38,651 nt of DNA. It comes from Candidatus Aminicenantales bacterium. Its GTDB lineage: Bacteria > Acidobacteriota > Aminicenantia > Aminicenantales > Saccharicenantaceae. The stretch lies in NCBI GenBank assembly GCA_049512315.1, contig JBEKXF010000022.1:62001-100651 (forward strand), written 5' to 3'. Positions 8,905 to 17,240 of this stretch are shown here, one piece after another. The notes below the pieces were generated by a model, which searched no databases, was not told the origin of the DNA, and worked only from the letters and a program-made list of their open reading frames with translations. Position 1 is the first letter of the stretch, and the number at the start of each line of letters is the position of its first letter. The position numbers and the translations under genes are program-made.

Positions 8905-10028
8905 AGGCCATCCTGTCCATCCTCCGGAAGGAATTCCTCCAACTCCGGCGGGACCCGAAGCTGTTCCCGGTCATTTTCATTTCCCCGATCCTCCAGCTTC
9001 TCCTCCTGGGGTATGCCGCGAACCTCGACGTCAAGAACATCCCTTCGGTCATTTGCGACATGGACCGCTCGGCGGCCAGCCGCGCCTTCCTCGACGACTT
9101 CGTCAACTCCGGATATTTCTCGGTCGAGGCCCGAGTCGGGCGGATGGACGAGATCGACCGCTACCTCAATCACGGCGATGCGGCCATGGCCTTCGTCATC
9201 CCCCGGGGGTTCGGCGACAAGGTCGCCGCGCGGCGGGAGGCCTCGGTCATGATCATCGCCGACGGGTCGGAGAGCCAGTCGGCGTCGATCGGCGTTAATT
9301 ACGCGACGATGATCGCGGCCAGGTTCACGCAGAAGATCATTTTCGAGACCTTCGAGCGGGCCAGGGGCCTCGGCCTGAAGCCCGTCCTTGTCAACGCCGA
9401 GGTCCGGGTCTGGTACAACCCGGAGCTCAAGAGCCGGAATTTCATGGTCCCCGGCGTCCTGGGACTCATCCTGATGATCATAACCACGTCGCTGGCTTCC
9501 CTGGGGATCGTCCGGGAGAGGGAGACGGGGACAATGGAGCAGCTCATCGTGACTCCGATCCGGCCATACCAGCTCATTATCGGCAAACTCCTGCCATTCG
9601 TCCTCATCGGGCTCGTCGACGCGACCTTCGTCATCGCCGTGGCCAGAGGCTGGTTCGGCATCCCCGTCCGGGGCAGCGTCGCGCTGTTGTTCGCCCTTTG
9701 CCTGGCCTTCATGCTCAACACGCTCGGCACGGGCCTGTTCATCTCGACCATCTCCAAAACGCAACAACAGGCCATGCTGACGTCCCTGTTCTTCATCATG
9801 CCCCAGATCATGCTCAGCGGCTTCGTCTTTCCCATCGAGAACATGCCCAAGGTCTTTCAATACCTGACGACGATCATCCCGATCCGCTATTTCTTCGTCA
9901 TCATCCGGGGGATCATGCTCAAGGGCGCGGGCTGGCCCGAGCTCTGGAGCCAGGCCGCGGCCCTCCTGGCTCTAGGGACGGTAATCCTTGGCCTGAGCGT
10001 CGCCCGCTTCCACAAGAAGCTGGATTAG
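8901..10028 (+). CDS. ABC-2 type permease (YbhR-like)
   Basis: GTG 8901 overlaps the previous stop, after GGAGG; KEFLQLRRD, VWYNPEL, VRERETGTMEQL, LSGFVFPIENMP. Confidence 0.93.
   Translation: MKAILSILRKEFLQLRRDPKLFPVIFISPILQLLLLGYAANLDVKNIPSVICDMDRSAASRAFLDDFVNSGYFSVEARVGRMDEIDRYLNHGDAAMAFVIPRGFGDKVAARREASVMIIADGSESQSASIGVNYATMIAARFTQKIIFETFERARGLGLKPVLVNAEVRVWYNPELKSRNFMVPGVLGLILMIITTSLASLGIVRERETGTMEQLIVTPIRPYQLIIGKLLPFVLIGLVDATFVIAVARGWFGIPVRGSVALLFALCLAFMLNTLGTGLFISTISKTQQQAMLTSLFFIMPQIMLSGFVFPIENMPKVFQYLTTIIPIRYFFVIIRGIMLKGAGWPELWSQAAALLALGTVILGLSVARFHKKLD
9402..9434 (+). repeat. 33-bp exact direct repeat, copy 2
   Basis: Identical to 8245-8277. Confidence 0.9.
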
Positions 10029-10154
10029 AGGGCGGCGGAAAAGTTCAGCCGCGGGCTTCGACTTCGCCGGAGAAGAGGTTGAAGTCATCGGAAACCCTCT
10101 CATCGACGGGGGGGGCGGCTTCTCGTCCCAGGCTGTTTCCGCAGATAAATGGCG

Positions 10155-11408
10155 TTAGGGGTGGGCCGGGTGGGCTGCGTCCGGCGGAGCCGGTCTGAGG
10201 ATGTCAGGCGGCAGCGTCCGACCTTTTTCAGCGTTCACGTAGATCCCGGCGACCGCCAGGTAAAGGACGATGGGAATGAACTGGGATCTCGGAATGGGGG
10301 CCACGAGCAGAAACGTAGAGGCCGAGGCCAGCATGGCCGAGAAGGGGCGCAGTCTGGGGGCCGCCAGGACCGACAAAGCGAGAAGGGCCAGCGCGATGGC
10401 GGGATAGAGACCGCTCGCGCCGACCCAGCTGAAGAATCCCGAGAGGACATTGGGGAAAAACGTCGTCATGGTGTCCCGGCTCTTGAGAATGAGGTTGAAG
10501 AGGATGGTGCTCTTGAAAACGGCCCTGACCCCATACGGAACCATGATCAAAACCGCCGTCGCCACAGCGAGGCCCGCGTCGGCCGCGATATCGATGAGCG
10601 ACTGGAGCCTCTTCGCCTCGAACTTGTTCCAGTAGTAGGCGGCCATGATGGGGGCGATCAGGAACTTGGTCATCAAGCCGATCCCGAAAAGAACGGCGAT
10701 GATGACCCGGTATTTCGTTTGAGGCCGGTCCTTTTCTTTCCTGATGGCCCAGAGGATCAGAGCCAGGGCGAGGAACGTCATGGCCGAATTGATATGGATT
10801 TCGGCGAACAGAAAAATCGGGAAAAAAGGCCACAGATATTTCCGCCGGATCTCGGGGAATGTCCGGATGAAAACCCAACAAACGAGACCGCGGAGAAGAA
10901 GGAAGACGATCGTCAGGATCCCAATATTCCAGCGCCCCGCGAAGAGACGGGCCAGGAAGTAGGGATAGATTTCCATGGGAGGGTAGTTGAAATTCCCGTA
11001 AACGGTCTGCGAAGACTCCCCCCGGTGGAAGATCGTCCCGCTCGTGTAGGGGTTCTGCCCGTTCCGCATCGCGACGAAAGCCGTGTCGTAATGATAGACG
11101 ATTTCGGCATCGGGATGGATCGTCAAGAATCCCAAGACGCCGAGGCCAAGGCCGACAAGCACGACGGCCGCCAGGAATCCCTTCCGGAACACCCACTCCG
11201 GCCTGACGCGATAAAGAAACCAAACGAAAAGCAAGGAAAACGTCAAGTTGACCATGAGATGATATGCATGCCCATGGGGAATAGGCTTGAGGATCGCCAT
11301 CAACAGGGAAAACAAGAAACAAAGGATGAGCGCGGTGGGGACGAGATAGTTTTTTCCGATGATCCTCAGCCGCTCCTGGAGCGCCGAATGCCGAGGTCCT
11401 TGATTCAC
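10155..11408 (-). CDS. polytopic membrane protein, probable GT-C fold (GT87/DUF2029-like) glycosyltransferase
   Basis: About 10-11 TM helices; first external loop with G.NPY ... FNYPP; GIGLMTKF lysine motif. Start codon uncertain. Confidence 0.6.
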   Translation of the reverse strand: MNQGPRHSALQERLRIIGKNYLVPTALILCFLFSLLMAILKPIPHGHAYHLMVNLTFSLLFVWFLYRVRPEWVFRKGFLAAVVLVGLGLGVLGFLTIHPDAEIVYHYDTAFVAMRNGQNPYTSGTIFHRGESSQTVYGNFNYPPMEIYPYFLARLFAGRWNIGILTIVFLLLRGLVCWVFIRTFPEIRRKYLWPFFPIFLFAEIHINSAMTFLALALILWAIRKEKDRPQTKYRVIIAVLFGIGLMTKFLIAPIMAAYYWNKFEAKRLQSLIDIAADAGLAVATAVLIMVPYGVRAVFKSTILFNLILKSRDTMTTFFPNVLSGFFSWVGASGLYPAIALALLALSVLAAPRLRPFSAMLASASTFLLVAPIPRSQFIPIVLYLAVAGIYVNAEKGRTLPPDILRPAPPDAAHPAHP

Positions 11409-11435
11409 GGGATTCCTGCCCCAGCGCCAGGCCTG

Positions 11436-11984
11436 CTAGCGCTGACTCTCTTTTCTTTGTCGCCGGCGGAGAAGCCAGAAGACGAGGAGAAGGGCCAGGG
11501 CCGCGAGAACGGCCGGGGCGACGACGGCGATGAAGGTCGTCACTCCGGAAACGACATCTTCGGCCAGACTGACGGCCGGATTGGCCGTGCCCAGAGTGCC
11601 GGCCGTGACGGCGGGACGGGCCGTGGCCTTGACCGTATGGACGCCGCCTGCGATGAGCAGGCCGCAGACCATGGCCAGCACCGGGCTCAGGTTGCTGATC
11701 ACGTTCCCGCTCGCGGCGAAGAGGACGGCCCCGGCGGCGGGCCGGATGACGGTCTGGATCACGTCGTTGACGGTGTCGACCGCCGGGATCTTATCGACGG
11801 TGATCTCGATCGCCAGCAGGACGGCGAGGATGACGAGCACCTCCGGATGGGTCAGAGCGCTCCAGGGCGTCTTGAGAGCGATGAAGTGGGTGTACCGGGC
11901 CAGCAGGCCGACGATCAGCAGGGGCAGATAGGCGTTCAATCCCGTCGCGGCGGCCAGGCCGAAAGCCGCTAGTAACCCCGTCAT
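11436..11984 (-). CDS. DUF4126 family membrane protein
   Basis: GLAAATGLNAYLPLL, EITVDKIPAVDTVND, IRPAAGA, NPAVSLAED motifs. Confidence 0.9.
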   Translation of the reverse strand: MTGLLAAFGLAAATGLNAYLPLLIVGLLARYTHFIALKTPWSALTHPEVLVILAVLLAIEITVDKIPAVDTVNDVIQTVIRPAAGAVLFAASGNVISNLSPVLAMVCGLLIAGGVHTVKATARPAVTAGTLGTANPAVSLAEDVVSGVTTFIAVVAPAVLAALALLLVFWLLRRRQRKESQR

Positions 11985-12036
11985 TTCGTATAACCCCCAG
12001 CTCTTGATACGGGATAATCCAAAACAGGCCGCAGGA

Positions 12037-12459
12037 TTATTTCGGGATCTTCAGCTTCTGGCCGACCTTGATGAGGTCCGGGTTGCTCAGGATATCCCTG
12101 TTGGCGTCGAAGATCTTCGGATAGAGGCTCGCCTTCCCATAGAAGCGCTGAGCGATGGCGCTGAGCGTATCACCCGGTTTGACGTCGTAGAGCGTCTCCG
12201 GCGCCGCAGCCGCGGCCGGCGGCGCGGCCGGGGTTTCCAGAATCCGGATCCTGTTGATGGTGTTTTCTGTAACGACCATTTTGTTGAATTCGACCATGAT
12301 CCGGCCTTTGGCGTCCAGGCTGTCGGCCTGTCCCTCCAATGTCACGACCTTCCCCTCGACCGTGGCCTGAAGGTCCCGGACGCCGGGGACGGCGCCGCGG
12401 ACAGCCATCACCGCGTCCTGGACTTTCTCGTTGAAAGACTTCCCGAAGAGACCCATCAT
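12037..12459 (-). CDS. BON + LysM domain protein (Kbp/YgaU-like)
   Basis: GGAGG RBS; N-terminal BON-like VTLEGQA; C-terminal LysM YDVKPGDTLSAIAQRFYG...IFDANRDILSNPDLIKVGQKLKIP; no signal peptide. Confidence 0.9.
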   Translation of the reverse strand: MMGLFGKSFNEKVQDAVMAVRGAVPGVRDLQATVEGKVVTLEGQADSLDAKGRIMVEFNKMVVTENTINRIRILETPAAPPAAAAAPETLYDVKPGDTLSAIAQRFYGKASLYPKIFDANRDILSNPDLIKVGQKLKIPK

Positions 12460-12526
12460 GCTCCTCCTTTAATCGAATGGTGCCTCCGGAGATCAGGTCC
12501 TGCCCGGTTCTCAGGATGGCGCGCTT

Positions 12527-12555
12527 ATTATCTCATTAAAGCAGGTCAGAATCAA
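12527..12555 (-). promoter_or_regulatory. sigma70-type promoter of the BON-LysM gene
   Basis: TTGATT (12555-12550), 17 bp, GATAAT (12532-12527) with an extended TGn. Confidence 0.5.
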
Positions 12556-12623
12556 AACCGTTCGGCCTCCGCGGATCCGAACGCCCAGGCGGACGACAGG
12601 CCCGGATGCGGGTCTCCAGCACC

Positions 12624-12652
12624 TTGACAGCCCCGGGCCCCGGGGCTATGAT
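12624..12652 (+). promoter_or_regulatory. sigma70 promoter of the GH5 gene with a palindromic spacer
   Basis: TTGACA (12624-12629), 17 bp, TATGAT (12647-12652). The stretch 12629-12647 is AGCCCCGGG-C-CCCGGGGCT. Confidence 0.75.
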
Positions 12653-12686
12653 TTTTGGAAAGCGGCTTCGGAAGGAAACCAATGCC

Positions 12687-14006
12687 ATGAGACGAACCCT
12701 TCTCCCCATTTTGGTCATCTGTCTGCTCATCATGGGCTGCCGCCAACGACAGGAGCCCGGCCCCGCGGCCAAGCCGGCTGCCACGGCGGTCTCATCGGGT
12801 TTGCAAGCCGGTCCGGCTGATCCCGGAAAGTTCGTGACCGTCCGGGACGGGAAATTTATTTTGGACGGTCAGCCCTACCGTTTCGTCGGTGCCAATTTCT
12901 GGCAGGGAATGAATTTGGCCTCGAGCGGCCCGGGCGGCGACAGGACCCGGCTCCTTCAGGAGCTGGATCGCCTTCGCGAGCTCGGCGTGATCAACCTGCG
13001 CGTCGTGGCCGCCTCCGAGGGGCCCAATACCGAACCCCATCGGATCGTCCCCGCCCTGATGCTCTCCCCGGGAGTCTACGACGAGAAGCTCCTCGACGGC
13101 CTGGATTTTCTCCTGGCCGAGATGGGCAAGCGCGGGATGCGGGCCGTGATGGTTCTCAATAATTTCTGGCAGTGGTCCGGCGGCATGGCCCAGTACGTTT
13201 CGTGGCACGAGAAGACGCCCATCCCGTATCCGGGAGACTATGAGGTCTTCATCAACTTTTCGGCGAAATTCTACGCCTGTGCCGAGTGCCAGAGGTGGTT
13301 CCGCAACCACATCGCGATGCTCGTCGCCCGCACCAATCCGTATGCCGCCTTGAAATACCGGGACGACCCCGCAATTTTTTCTTGGGAGCTGGGGAATGAG
13401 CCGAGGCGATATCCCCAGAGCTGGATCGATGGGACAGCCTCCTACATCAAGTCTCTCGACCCTCATCATATGGTCACGACGGGGTCCGAAGGGGCTCCGC
13501 CGGAGGAGCCGACCCAGGATTTCGTCAAGACCCACGGCGGCCCCGATATCGATTACGTCACCATCCACATCTGGCCGCAGAATTGGGGCTGGTTCGATCC
13601 TCAAAACCCGTCGATGTACAAATCGGCGGAAGCCAAGGCGATGGCCTATTTTCAAAAGCATGCCAAGGAGGCCGCGGCCCTGCGGAAACCGCTCGTCCTC
13701 GAAGAATTCGGGTTGGCCCGCGATTGGGAGCCGGTCCACGACAACTACAACCCGGCTTCTCCGACAACCTACAAGGATCTCTTTTACGCGGCCCTCTATA
13801 AACAGGTCGAAGATTCGATAGCGGCCGGCGGCCCGGCGGCGGGCGACAACTTCTGGGCCTGGGCGGGGAAGGCGCGGCCGGGCCTCCCGTGGGTCGGCGA
13901 CCCGCCGCACGAACCCGCCGGCTGGTATTCCGTCTATGACACCGATGCCTCGACCCTAGCTATCGTCTCGGCCCATGCCAAAGACATGGCCAGGCGTTCA
14001 AAATAG
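12687..14006 (+). CDS. GH5 beta-mannosidase/mannanase (GH5_7-like), lipoprotein
   Basis: ATG 12687 after AAGGA; signal MRRTLLPILVICLLIMG-C; acid/base WELGNEP, nucleophile LEEFG; GDRTRLLQELDRL and GDPPHEPAGWYSVYD resemble Cellvibrio mixtus Man5A. Confidence 0.88.
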   Translation: MRRTLLPILVICLLIMGCRQRQEPGPAAKPAATAVSSGLQAGPADPGKFVTVRDGKFILDGQPYRFVGANFWQGMNLASSGPGGDRTRLLQELDRLRELGVINLRVVAASEGPNTEPHRIVPALMLSPGVYDEKLLDGLDFLLAEMGKRGMRAVMVLNNFWQWSGGMAQYVSWHEKTPIPYPGDYEVFINFSAKFYACAECQRWFRNHIAMLVARTNPYAALKYRDDPAIFSWELGNEPRRYPQSWIDGTASYIKSLDPHHMVTTGSEGAPPEEPTQDFVKTHGGPDIDYVTIHIWPQNWGWFDPQNPSMYKSAEAKAMAYFQKHAKEAAALRKPLVLEEFGLARDWEPVHDNYNPASPTTYKDLFYAALYKQVEDSIAAGGPAAGDNFWAWAGKARPGLPWVGDPPHEPAGWYSVYDTDASTLAIVSAHAKDMARRSK

Positions 14007-14090
14007 GGGACAAGCATTGAGCTGCACCCAGCCCGGGATCAAAGGACGAGCGTCGGGCCGCCTAAGGAAAGGCAGAGGAAGACAGTCGGG

Positions 14091-15320
14091 ATGATCATGA
14101 CTCATCACGCGTCCCCGAGGCATAGGCAGGATGGGGCGAAAAGCGACGGGATTTCGATTGTCATCGCGGCCGACTGGGCGCCGATCAGAGCCCTGGAGCC
14201 CGTGGTCCGCTCGGCCCCCGATACCGTCTACGGAGATATGCTGCCCGTCCTTCGCGGCGCCGACCTCAGGGTCGTCAACTGCGAATGTGCACTGACGGCG
14301 GCCCGGAAGCCCGTCTGGAAGAGCGGCGCGGTCTTCAAGGGCCTGCCCGCCCATCTCGCCGGCTTGACCCGGGTTCCGTTCGAGGTCGCCTGCCTGGCGA
14401 ACAACCATGTTTTCGACTACGGGGTCAGGGGTTTCCGGGATACGCTGGATCTCCTCCGTCGGAACGGGATCCGGACGGTCGGCGCGGGCCTCAGCTTTAA
14501 AGAGGCCTTATCGCCGCTGACCGTCCACGTGAGGGGGACGAGGGTCACGATCTTGAACTTCAGCGAGGGGGAGGACCTCACGGCCTCCCGGGGCGGGCCT
14601 GGCGTGTGCGGCTGGGAGATCGACCGGCTTCTTCCGCTCGCCCGGAGATCCAAAAAGCGGGGGGACTTCGTCATCGCCGTGGGGCACGCCGGCCTCGAAT
14701 ACATTCCTTTTCCTCCTCCTTACGTTGTCGAAGCCTACCGGGCCCTGGCCGAGGCCGGGGCGGACTGCGTCATCGGCCACCACCCCCATGTCCCGCAGGG
14801 CCTGGAAGTCCGGGGCGGACGGCTGATCCTCTACAGCCTGGGCAATTTCGTTTTTTACCAGCCGTCCGAACTGTATTATCGAAGGACCGGATTCTGCCTC
14901 CAGATCAACGTCCGGGGGAATTGCCTGTCCTCCTACGGATTGCACCCTTACAGGATCACGGAACGGGGGCTACGCAAGCTCGGCCGTCGTGAGGAGACAG
15001 AGCTTCTCGGCAAGCTCGGCCGCATCTCGGAACCCCTGAGATCCGCTTCAGGGATCGCCGAAGCCTGGCAGGCCTACCTCGCCTACTACGGGCCCGGCGG
15101 CTTCAAGAAAGAAGTCCTCGGCATCCTGGAGAAGATGGAATCCGAACCGCGGAAAGGCGCGGCGATGTTCCGGAACAGAATCACGACGCTCCAGCATTCC
15201 GAACTGTGGCGGGACGTCCTGACTCGGTTCATGGCTGAGAAGGAAAGCCCTGTCCCGGCCGGGATGACACGGCTCATCGAGGAGTGGTTCACGAAAACTA
15301 CGCCCTCCGGAAGCGTCTAA
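14091..15320 (+). CDS. CapA/PgsA family metallophosphoesterase-fold protein, cytoplasmic
   Basis: Motifs IAADW, VVNCE, LANNHVFDYG, HAGLEY, IGHHPHVPQG, YSLGNF; no signal peptide or TM anchor. Start could be 14091 or 14097. Confidence 0.88.
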   Translation: MIMTHHASPRHRQDGAKSDGISIVIAADWAPIRALEPVVRSAPDTVYGDMLPVLRGADLRVVNCECALTAARKPVWKSGAVFKGLPAHLAGLTRVPFEVACLANNHVFDYGVRGFRDTLDLLRRNGIRTVGAGLSFKEALSPLTVHVRGTRVTILNFSEGEDLTASRGGPGVCGWEIDRLLPLARRSKKRGDFVIAVGHAGLEYIPFPPPYVVEAYRALAEAGADCVIGHHPHVPQGLEVRGGRLILYSLGNFVFYQPSELYYRRTGFCLQINVRGNCLSSYGLHPYRITERGLRKLGRREETELLGKLGRISEPLRSASGIAEAWQAYLAYYGPGGFKKEVLGILEKMESEPRKGAAMFRNRITTLQHSELWRDVLTRFMAEKESPVPAGMTRLIEEWFTKTTPSGSV

Positions 15321-16297
15321 AGGCCGCAGCGTCGGCGGGCGGATTCGATGATCGCGCCGATGAGCCGGCGATAGTCCTCCTCTTCCCCTAGCGGCGACGC
15401 GTGGTAGAGCGTGTAGATCTGTGGGGCCCAGCTCTTGTGGGGCTTGAGCCCGGGGATGCCGTTGACTTCGATGATCCGGAGTCGGCCGGCCGCGTCGACC
15501 CTCATGTCGATGCGGACGTGATCCAGGCACCTCATTGTCTCGGCGGCCTTGTCGCACAGCCGCCGCGCTTCCTCCGTTCTCTCCCCCGCCAGACTGATCC
15601 TCGTCAGGCCGACGCCCCGGAGGTCCGTCCGGAGAATCCGATAGTTCTTGTAGTGCTTCTCTTCGACCGAGACCAGCCCGGGCAGGCATTCCCGGGTTTC
15701 CCCGTTGCCCAGAACCAGGGCCGTGTATTCGGCGCCAGGCAGGAATTCCTCGACCAGAGCGGGCTGGTCGAACTCCCGCTCGACGTAGCCCACGCGCCGT
15801 CCGAGCTCCTCTTCGTTGTGGACGACGCTCTCGTCTGAGATGCCGACCGACCGGGATTCGCAGATGGGCTTGACGAAAGCCGGGTAGGTGACCGGAGTGA
15901 CGTCGTCTCCCGTCTGGAGCAGGATATGGGCGGGGACGGCGACACCGCCGGCGGCCAGGATCTCGTGGGTCTGGAACTTGTCGATCATGGCCTTCATGGT
16001 CCGGCTGTCCGAACCGATGTAGGGGATCTTCCGGGCGTCCAGCTCATCGGCCACCCATATCCCGGCCGAATTCCTGCCGATGAACTTCTCGTTGGGCGTG
16101 ATGTGGTAGAGGGCGCTCCAGACGATGTCGAAGTCGGGCCGGTCGATGAGGCGGAAGAATTCCGCTTCATCGGCGATATAGGCGATCCGCGTCGGGCAGC
16201 CCCAGGACTCGGCGGCTTCCCGGACGGACTCCGTGACCTTCATGTCCCCCCAGCCCTGGGCATCTCCTCCGGGGCCTGTCAACAGGACGATTCTCAT
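15317..16297 (-). CDS. ATP-grasp ligase, D-Ala-D-Ala ligase-like with divergent substrate site
   Basis: IPYIGS, MIDK, FVKP..ESRSVGI, VEEFLPG, RIDMR, IEVNGIPGL are present. The Ddl motifs GGxSxE, LHGxxGEDG and the omega-loop KY are absent. Confidence 0.85.
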   Translation of the reverse strand: MRIVLLTGPGGDAQGWGDMKVTESVREAAESWGCPTRIAYIADEAEFFRLIDRPDFDIVWSALYHITPNEKFIGRNSAGIWVADELDARKIPYIGSDSRTMKAMIDKFQTHEILAAGGVAVPAHILLQTGDDVTPVTYPAFVKPICESRSVGISDESVVHNEEELGRRVGYVEREFDQPALVEEFLPGAEYTALVLGNGETRECLPGLVSVEEKHYKNYRILRTDLRGVGLTRISLAGERTEEARRLCDKAAETMRCLDHVRIDMRVDAAGRLRIIEVNGIPGLKPHKSWAPQIYTLYHASPLGEEEDYRRLIGAIIESARRRCGL

Positions 16298-16309
16298 GGC
16301 GCTTCTCCG

Positions 16310-17239
16310 TCAAAAAAGTTCGGGGATCAGAGTGTATTCGATCAGGGCGCGGGCCGTCCGGGCGGACACGGGCTCAAGCCGCCGGGCCACGGCCCTTCGC
16401 TGGGCTTCGGCGAGCTCAACCTTGGAAATGACTTTCACCGCGATATCCGCCTCGGTGCCCTCCGGCCTCCGGTCTCCCAGTCCGGCCGTCAGGCTCCTGA
16501 CGAGATGCTCGTTGGGATCGAGGACCTCGATCTTGGCCCCGGTCCGCCGTTCGAGCGATGCCCGGAAGATATCCGCGATATAGGAATAATGGGTGCAGCA
16601 AAGACCCGCGTAAAGGGTGCCGTCGACCTTTATTCCTTGAATGGCCCGGGAGACGCACTCCTCGACCAGGCCGGCCAAGCCGGGGGAATCGGGATCTTTG
16701 TCGATGGCCCCCGCCAGCCCGTGACAGGCGGCCGCGAGGACGCGCCGGGCGTCGATCCCTCTCCGGATCAACCTGCGGACGTGTTCCCCCGACTCGATCG
16801 TCGTCCGCGTCCCGAAAAGCACGAGGATGCCCTTGGGGTCCCGCGTCAGGGCTTCGTGAAAGAGGTCGATTCCCTCCTCGATGATGCCGGCCACGGGGAC
16901 CGTTGGCGCCCGGCTGAATTCGGTCAGGTCATAGAGGATGGACAGGGTATTGCAGGCGATGAGGATGAGGCCGGGCCGGAAGGCCGTCATCGCGGCGAGG
17001 GCCTTGTCGAGAACGGCGGCGCGGGAGGCGATGTCCGAAAGATCGTTATATCCGCCCCGGGAGTCTGGCCAGGCATTCACGTAGACGAGGCGGTTGGCCC
17101 AGTTCCCGGGGGCGCCGCGCAGACGCTTCTCCAGCTCGGAGCATATGGACAACCCGCCCAGGCCCGAGTCGGTGATCACGATGCGCCAATCGCTTTTCCC
17201 GCCGAGGAGGTCAGGGAGGCTTCTCATCGGCGCCGGCAT
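16310..17239 (-). CDS. Asp/Glu racemase family protein (MurI-like, two catalytic Cys)
   Basis: TDSGLGGLS, IACNT, LCCTHY. The MurI D...PYG loop is replaced by NAWPDSRGGYN. Confidence 0.85.
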   Translation of the reverse strand: MPAPMRSLPDLLGGKSDWRIVITDSGLGGLSICSELEKRLRGAPGNWANRLVYVNAWPDSRGGYNDLSDIASRAAVLDKALAAMTAFRPGLILIACNTLSILYDLTEFSRAPTVPVAGIIEEGIDLFHEALTRDPKGILVLFGTRTTIESGEHVRRLIRRGIDARRVLAAACHGLAGAIDKDPDSPGLAGLVEECVSRAIQGIKVDGTLYAGLCCTHYSYIADIFRASLERRTGAKIEVLDPNEHLVRSLTAGLGDRRPEGTEADIAVKVISKVELAEAQRRAVARRLEPVSARTARALIEYTLIPELF

Positions 17240-17240
17240 C

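Noticed and set aside
10029..10154. Terminator or sRNA between the convergent permease and glycosyltransferase genes
   Set aside because: Only weak G-U-rich stems without a clear U tract are present, which is not enough to support a call.
12460..12590. c-di-AMP or other riboswitch upstream of the BON-LysM gene
   Set aside because: The predicted leader is only about 60 nt with small hairpins and none of the conserved ydaO segments.
14091..17239. Canonical poly-gamma-glutamate capsule locus (capBCA plus racemase)
   Set aside because: There is no Mur-ligase-type CapB or CapC in the window, the CapA lacks a membrane anchor, and the ligase is Ddl-type ATP-grasp.
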